DNA of 61,312 nt, the filler included. It is 6 parts of 6 records of this genome, joined end to end, with 100 filler letters (N's around TTAATTAATTAA, not from the genome) between each part and the next. Parts side by side here need not be neighbours in the genome. Positions count along the whole stretch, not along the records: positions 53,109 to 61,312 come from DRR723986_729; 5 more parts are not named here. The stretch is one strand, 5' to 3'. How positions within the stretch are numbered: position 1 is the first letter of the stretch; each line of letters begins with the position of its first letter. The notes below the pieces were generated by a model, which was given only the letters and a program-made list of their open reading frames with translations, had not been told where the DNA came from and ran no database searches. Below, one piece after another: positions 55,842-61,312 of this stretch. The translations under genes and the position numbers were made by a program.

Positions 55842-58403
55842 GTGCAACGCAAGATCATCCTCGACTTCGCCGAGAACCACATCGTCCGGCGCGGCCTGAC
55901 CGCCTTCGTCGTCTCGCTTTTCGTGGCGACCATCGGCGTGCTGGTCATGGACGTCTCCAAGCAGATGGACTGGCTGTCCAGCTCCTCCTCGGACAACATG
56001 CAATGGACGCTCGGGCAGGCCGAGACCGAGCTTTCGGCCCTCGAACTGGCCACCTACGCCGCGATCGTGACGACGCGCGACGGCGGCGCGCCGGACCTCG
56101 ACGAGGTGCGGCTGCGGTTCAACATCTTCTACAGCCGGATCCAGACCATCGCCGACAGCGTCGTCTTTCGCGGCTTGCGCAGCGCGCCCGAGGTGCAGGA
56201 GCAACTCGACCGCATCATCGCGTGGCGCGAGGGCTGGGTGCCGGTGATCGACGGCCCCGACGCCGGCCTTGCCCAGCGCCTGCCGGAGCTTCAGGCCGAC
56301 AGCGCCGAGATGCGCGGCCTCGTGCGCAAGACCGCACTGGACGGCATCGCCTATTACTCGCGCTTCGGCGACACGCGGCGCAACAGCATCTTCAGCACCC
56401 TGCTCCGCATCGGCGTGCTGACCGTGGCGCTGGTCGCGCTGCTTCTGGTGCTGATCCTGATGCTCGTCCGCCTCGGCCGCCAGCGCGAGATCAGCGCCGA
56501 GGCCAACCGCGAGATGCGCGAACGGCTGGAAACGATCATCTCGACCTCGCTCGACGCCATCCTCGTGGTCGACCGCGCCGGGCGCATCGTGGAATACAAC
56601 GGCGCCGCCGAGCGCATCTTCGGCCATGCCCGCGACGAGGCCATCGGCGCCGACATGGCGGCGCTGATCCTGCCCGAGGACAGGCCGGACGCACTGGCGC
56701 CCTTCCTCGCGGCGGGGCGCGGCACCCGTCAGGCCGTGGCCCGGCGCCGCGACGGCAGCCTGTTCCCGGTCGATGTCTCATCTGCGCGGGCGCAACGACC
56801 CGGCGGCGAGATCTTCGTGATCTTCCTGCGCGACATCTCGGCCCGGGTCGCCGACGAAGAGGCCCTGCGCGAGGCCCGCGACCGCGCCATCGCCGGCGAA
56901 CGGCAGAAGGCCGACCTGCTCGCCGTCATGAGCCACGAGATGCGCACGCCGCTGAACGGGATGCTGGGCTCGCTCGAACTCTTCGAGGGCGACAATCTGA
57001 ACGCCCGGCAGAAACGCTTCCTGCGGATCGTGCGCAACTCCGGCAAGGTGCTGCTGAACCACGTCAACGACGTGCTCGACATCTCGCGGCTGGACGCCGG
57101 CAAGATGACCCTGCGCAAGCGGCGCTTCGATCTCGTGGCGCTGATGGAAGAAATCGTCGAGAACCAGGCGGAGCGCGCGCGCGCCAACGGCAACCGCATC
57201 GTGCTGACGCCTCCGGACCCGGCGCTGCACGCGGTCTGGACCGATCCCGACCGGCTGCGGCAGATCCTGCTCAACCTCGTCGGCAACGCGGTCAAGTTCA
57301 CCCGCGACGGCACCATCACGCTCGAGGTCGACTGCGACGGCGGGCTGGACGCGGTGGAGTTCCGCGTGATCGACACCGGCATCGGCATCGCCGAGGCGGA
57401 CCTCGACCGCATCTTCGGCGACTTCGAGACCATCGACAGCTCCTACGCGCGGCGCACCACCGGCACCGGGCTGGGTCTGGGGATCTCGCGGCGGCTTGCG
57501 CAGGCGCTCGGCGGCGATCTGGGCGCGGAAAGCGAACCCGGCGAGGGCAGCGTCTTCTGGATGACCCTGCCCCTCGCCCCGCCCGCCGAAGCCCGCCCGC
57601 CGCGCGTGGCACCCACCACGGGCTTTGCCGGAACCATGCCCCGGACGCCGCCGCTTCGGGTGCTGGTGGTCGAGGACAACGCGGTCAACCGGCTGGTGGC
57701 GCGCGAATTCCTGCAACGCGAGGGCCATGCGGTGACAGAGGCGACGGGCGGCGCAGAGGGCGTGGCCGCGGCGGCGGCGCGCCGCTTCGACGTGATCCTG
57801 ATGGACATTTCCATGCCCGGGATGAACGGCATAGAGGCCTCCCGCGCGATCCGCGAGGGTGGCGGTCCGTCGGCCGGGGTGCCGATCATCGCCACGACCG
57901 CCCATGCCCTCGCCGAAGAGCGCCGCGCCTTCCACGAGGCGGGCATGTCCGGGGTTCTGGTCAAACCGCTCTCCGGCGCCTCGGTCCGCAGCGCCCTCGC
58001 CGGGGCGATCGGACGGGCCGTGCCAGAGGCGCCCACGCCCGAAAGCGCAGAGCCGCCCCTGCTGGATCACGCGCATCTCGCCGAGTTGCAGGCAGAGCTG
58101 CCGGACGAACGGCTGGTGCTGATCCTCTCCACCTTCCGGGCCGAGATCGCGGCCTTCCTGACGCAGATCGCCCCCGGGGCGGAGCGCGCCGCTCTGGCGA
58201 CGGAGGCCCACCGCATGGCCGGTTCCGCCGGGGTCTTCGGCGCCATGCGCCTGACGGCCCTCTTGCGCGAGACACAGGTCCGCGCCCCAGACGCCCCGGC
58301 AGAGGAACTGACGGCCCTCGCCGCCACGCTTGCCGCCTGCTGGGAGGCCACCGACACCGCCCTCCACCGCGCCACCAAGGCCCTGCGGCACGGCACCGGC
58401 TGA
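55842..58403 (+). CDS. Hybrid sensor histidine kinase (2 TM periplasmic sensor, PAS, HisKA, HATPase, REC, Hpt)
   Basis: MSHEMRTPLNG, NLVGNAVKFT, DTGIG, GTGLGL, LMDISMP, AHRMAGSA. Confidence 0.95.
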   Translation: MQRKIILDFAENHIVRRGLTAFVVSLFVATIGVLVMDVSKQMDWLSSSSSDNMQWTLGQAETELSALELATYAAIVTTRDGGAPDLDEVRLRFNIFYSRIQTIADSVVFRGLRSAPEVQEQLDRIIAWREGWVPVIDGPDAGLAQRLPELQADSAEMRGLVRKTALDGIAYYSRFGDTRRNSIFSTLLRIGVLTVALVALLLVLILMLVRLGRQREISAEANREMRERLETIISTSLDAILVVDRAGRIVEYNGAAERIFGHARDEAIGADMAALILPEDRPDALAPFLAAGRGTRQAVARRRDGSLFPVDVSSARAQRPGGEIFVIFLRDISARVADEEALREARDRAIAGERQKADLLAVMSHEMRTPLNGMLGSLELFEGDNLNARQKRFLRIVRNSGKVLLNHVNDVLDISRLDAGKMTLRKRRFDLVALMEEIVENQAERARANGNRIVLTPPDPALHAVWTDPDRLRQILLNLVGNAVKFTRDGTITLEVDCDGGLDAVEFRVIDTGIGIAEADLDRIFGDFETIDSSYARRTTGTGLGLGISRRLAQALGGDLGAESEPGEGSVFWMTLPLAPPAEARPPRVAPTTGFAGTMPRTPPLRVLVVEDNAVNRLVAREFLQREGHAVTEATGGAEGVAAAAARRFDVILMDISMPGMNGIEASRAIREGGGPSAGVPIIATTAHALAEERRAFHEAGMSGVLVKPLSGASVRSALAGAIGRAVPEAPTPESAEPPLLDHAHLAELQAELPDERLVLILSTFRAEIAAFLTQIAPGAERAALATEAHRMAGSAGVFGAMRLTALLRETQVRAPDAPAEELTALAATLAACWEATDTALHRATKALRHGTG

Positions 58404-58704
58404 GGGCCGCGCCCGGTCCCTGCGGCCCGGCTACCCTCGCGGGGGAACTGGCACGGCTCGCCGCCACGCTTGCAGCCTGCGGGGAGGCCACCGACACCCT
58501 CCCTTCTCCGCGCCACCGAGGCACCGGCAGGCATCTGGCAGCCTTCGCCGACACGCCTTCCGCCTGCTGACAGACACCGCCCTCCACCGAGCACCCGAGG
58601 CACCGGCATGGGATGTGGCAGCCTTCGCAGTGACGCCTCCCACATGCCGGGAGGCTAACGACACCGCCCTCCACCGCGCCACAAAGCCCTGCGGCACGGC
58701 ACCG
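58304..58704 (+). repeat. Four degenerate copies of the kinase gene 3' end
   Basis: Core GACACCGCCCTCCACCG at 58353, 58573 and 58660, variant at 58493; 58444-58498 mirrors 58304-58358; 58686-58704 equals 58380-58398. Confidence 0.85.
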
Positions 58705-58715
58705 AAGGGGCGCGC

Positions 58716-59219
58716 TCAGGCTCCGCTCGCCTCCGGCGCCGCCTTCTCCGGCGCCACGATCGCATAGCCGCAGCGCGCGGGCTTCAGGTCCAGCAGCGGC
58801 GTGCCGTCGAGACAGTCGAGGCCGCGCACCACCAGCACCGCCCCCTCGCGCCGCAGCAGCCTGACCAGCGCGGTCCCGATCGGGTTCGGGCGCAGCGGCG
58901 AGCGCAGCGAGAAGGTGCCCCGTTGCGCCCCGTCGGATTTCGGCGATTGCGTCAGCAGGTCGCGGCGCGCCTCGTGCAGCCAGTAGAGCACTTCGAGCCG
59001 CGCGTGGGCCTCGATCTCCAGCAGGGCGGGAGCGTAGGGCGCGGCCACCTCGATACGGCACTCCGGCCCCGTGGCCTCGTCGCCCCGGCGCGGACACTCC
59101 GCGCGGCTGGCGAAGGGGGTGCGGATCACCCCGACGAAGCGCAGGCCCGCGTCGGTCGCGGGTGGCAGGTCGGCCCGGATCTCGCCCGGCCGCAGGGCGT
59201 CGCCGTGATGCCCGCTCAT
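58716..59219 (-). CDS. trmO: TrmO/TsaA-like SAM-binding tRNA methyltransferase
   Basis: G.IRTP, CPR, LYWLH, GTFSLRSP.RPNPIG, LDCLDGTPLLDLKP. Confidence 0.88.
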   Translation of the reverse strand: MSGHHGDALRPGEIRADLPPATDAGLRFVGVIRTPFASRAECPRRGDEATGPECRIEVAAPYAPALLEIEAHARLEVLYWLHEARRDLLTQSPKSDGAQRGTFSLRSPLRPNPIGTALVRLLRREGAVLVVRGLDCLDGTPLLDLKPARCGYAIVAPEKAAPEASGA

Positions 59220-59347
59220 CGGCGCCCACCGCAGAGTTTCGCTGACCCCGACCACCCTCCGGGCCCGCCGACCAAAGCGCTGTTTGCCGGAGCGCAACGG
59301 ACGTAGCCTGTCCCCGCGCGCGTTTTCCCCGCACTGCCCCAGTCCAA

Positions 59348-59690
59348 CCGTCGTGCTGCCGCGCCTTGCACCAAAGCACCCGACACTAGGACTGCGTGCA
59401 CACCCCGGACACCGACGTTCAGCCCGCCCCCGCCCCGGGCGCGCCGTCGCGCAGCCGCGCCCCTCACACTATCACCCGATACCCGGACTGCGCGCACGCC
59501 TTCGACACCAAGGTCCCGCCGGACCCTGCCCCGGTCCCGCTTGCGATCCGGCGCTCGAACGGTCCGCGCAGCCCGGGCCCTCACACACCAGCGCCGCCCG
59601 GCCCCGCCCCGCTCCCGCCCGCCGTCCGGCGCGGCCCTCACAGCAGCACCCGGTGCTCGGCCTGCCCCCGCACCCCCGGCTCCAGCAGGA
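59348..59690 (-). repeat. Degenerate copies of the SMP-30 gene 3' end
   Basis: 59462-59510 aligns ungapped (34/49) to 59636-59684 including the stop codon; a further copy at about 59348-59420 and a partial at about 59561-59590. Confidence 0.7.
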
Positions 59691-60489
59691 AGGTGCAGCC
59701 CGCGAGCGTATCCTCCGCCGGGCGCCCCTCTGCCGCCGAGGTCACGCAAAGCCGCGTCAGGTCGGGGCCGCCGAAGGCCGGGCAGGTGGTCTGCGGCGTC
59801 GGCAGATCCAGCGCCCGGACGAAGGCGCCCGAGGCGTCGTAGCAGGCCACCCGCCCCGCGCCCCATTGCGCGCTCCACAGGTTGCCCTCGGCGTCGATCA
59901 CCGCCCCGTCCGGGTTCAGCCCTTCTTCGGAGAGGTCGAGCCATGGTTGCGGCTCCCCCTTGGGCCAGCCCTCGGCGTCGAGCGCGACGCGCTGGATCAC
60001 CCCGGTCGGCAGGTCGGTGAAGAAGGCGGCCCCGCCATCGGGCGCGAAACAGGTGGCGTTCGGGATGCTCAGGCCGGGATACAGCAGGCGCAACGCGCCC
60101 CGGTAATAGCGATAGATCGCCCCCGCCCCCGGCTCCGCCCCGTAGCCCATGGTGCCGATCCAGAAGCCCCCGCAGGGATCCGCCCGCCCGTCGTTCGACC
60201 GGGTCACGGGGTTGTCCGCCTCCAGCGGCATCAGGCTTTCCTCCTCGCCGGTCGCGAGGTCGAACAGGCAGAGGTCGCGCTCCGTCGCGATCAGCAGCCG
60301 GTCGCGGTCGACCCACCCCGCGGCAGAGGCGCCGCGGTCCAGAGCCCAAGACCGCTCGGCCTCGCCATCATGTTCGAACAGCCTGTGGCCGAGGATGTCG
60401 AACCACAGAAACGTCCCGCGCTCCGGGTGCCAGAGCGGCCCCTCGCCCAAGGTGCATTTCGTGCGCGACAGCACCGTGTGATCGGTCAT
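59638..60489 (-). CDS. SMP-30/gluconolactonase family protein
   Basis: LGEGPLW, RSNDGRADP.G, IPN, PDGA..D.EG.LW, TCPAFGG. Confidence 0.93.
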   Translation of the reverse strand: MTDHTVLSRTKCTLGEGPLWHPERGTFLWFDILGHRLFEHDGEAERSWALDRGASAAGWVDRDRLLIATERDLCLFDLATGEEESLMPLEADNPVTRSNDGRADPCGGFWIGTMGYGAEPGAGAIYRYYRGALRLLYPGLSIPNATCFAPDGGAAFFTDLPTGVIQRVALDAEGWPKGEPQPWLDLSEEGLNPDGAVIDAEGNLWSAQWGAGRVACYDASGAFVRALDLPTPQTTCPAFGGPDLTRLCVTSAAEGRPAEDTLAGCTFLLEPGVRGQAEHRVLL

Positions 60490-60780
60490 GAAACACCTCC
60501 CCCTCTTGACCCGCCATGCTGGAGCGCCCCGGCTCGAGGCGCAAGGGCCCGCGCATCCCGGGGTTCGCCCATGGCCCCGGCACCGGGGAAACGCCTCCGA
60601 TAGGATCCGCGCAGCTCGCCCGCCCCCACGACGACCGGACGGGCGCACGGCCTTCACGTGGCATTGCCAAGGTGCGGGTCGACGATCGCCCGCACAGGGA
60701 CGCAAACTTGTCCGCGCAAGGGGCTGGATTCGCGCGCCGTTTTCAGGTCAAGTCAGGCCGCAAGCCGCAGGGAGGCCGTC

Positions 60781-61017
60781 ATGAATTGCGTTTTCGTCCA
60801 GATCCGGTGCACGCCCGGCACCGCCTACCGCGTCGCCAAGGACATCACCCTGCGCGAGATCCACTCCGAGCTCTATTCGACCAGTGGCGAATTCGACCTT
60901 CTGCTGAAGCTCTACATCCCCTCCGAGGAGGACGTGGGCAAGTTCATCAACGACAACCTGCTCGACATCGCGGGGATCGAACGAACCCTGACGACACTGA
61001 CATTCCGCGCCTTCTGA
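60781..61017 (+). CDS. Stand-alone Lrp/AsnC ligand-binding domain protein
   Basis: 78 aa, ELYSTSGEFDLL, I.GI.RT.T; GGAGG RBS; no HTH. Confidence 0.85.
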   Translation: MNCVFVQIRCTPGTAYRVAKDITLREIHSELYSTSGEFDLLLKLYIPSEEDVGKFINDNLLDIAGIERTLTTLTFRAF

Positions 61018-61051
61018 CCGGCGCTTCAACCATAAGAACGGGGAGACAGAC

Positions 61052-61312
61052 ATGACCACATTCCGCAGCCTCGCCATGGGCACCGCCCTTGCCGCGCTGA
61101 CCGCCGCCGCCACCACCACCGCCTCCGCCGAGGTCAAGGTCGGCATGATCACCACGCTCTCCGGGGGCGGCGCCGGGCTGGGGATCGACACCCGCGACGG
61201 CTTCATGCTGGCGATCGAGGGCGCGGGCCGGGACGACGTCGAGGTGGTGATCGAGGACGACCAGCAGAAGCCCGAGATCGCGGTGCAACTGGCCGACAAG
61301 ATGATCCAGTCC
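61052..61312 (+). CDS. ABC transporter substrate-binding protein (LivJ-like), 3'-truncated
   Basis: Signal peptide, VKVGMITTLSGGGAGLG...RDGF.LA, EDDQ.KP. Confidence 0.88.
   Translation, partial: MTTFRSLAMGTALAALTAAATTTASAEVKVGMITTLSGGGAGLGIDTRDGFMLAIEGAGRDDVEVVIEDDQQKPEIAVQLADKMIQS

Noticed and set aside
58304-58704. CRISPR array or DGR template/variable repeat
   Set aside because: Repeats are degenerate, irregularly spaced and derived from coding sequence; no unique spacers, cas or RT genes; mismatches are not adenine-specific

Overview
The window is not one locus. It is six contigs (1-9129, 9230-15346, 15447-25603, 25704-41107, 41208-53008, 53109-61312) joined by artificial 100-nt N/TTAATTAATTAA spacers. 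Gene content points to Rhodobacteraceae (Roseobacter-group) Alphaproteobacteria; base composition differs visibly between contigs, so they may come from more than one genome. Contig 1: nitroreductase, hsp20 with an FNR-type box, dtd, a CoA-transferase/AbrB pair, and an ECF sigma-anti-sigma-subtilase operon. That operon is followed by two tandem small transcription units that share an identical-architecture ECF-like promoter (TTGAACC-N16-CGACCTA), a 5' hairpin, an M(S/T)RF-starting ORF of 56-59 aa and C-rich 3' hairpins; this is the best candidate for an undescribed system. Contig 2: MCP, phoX with a Pho box, rpsF-rpsR-rplI, fabD-fabG. Contig 3: clpA, M23 peptidase, an orphan MotA/MotB-like pair, chaC, tyrC-hisC. 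Contig 4: a frameshifted IS6 beside an orphan aromatic/heterocycle catabolic island (hydrolase, VOC dioxygenase, SDR, TPP enzyme, NadX-like protein, ALDH, IclR, two flavin monooxygenases, TRAP transporter, sulfatase) whose two operons share a 31-bp operator. Contig 5: aceE-aceF-lpd, rpoE-chrR with the divergent singlet-oxygen/furan-fatty-acid operon, dinB. Contig 6: ileS with a candidate leaderless Ile-rich leader peptide, a PruR-like periplasmic protein with a hybrid kinase and response regulator, degenerate repeats of two gene 3' ends, trmO, SMP-30, Lrp and an ABC substrate-binding protein. All calls come from reading sequence motifs; no database search was run.
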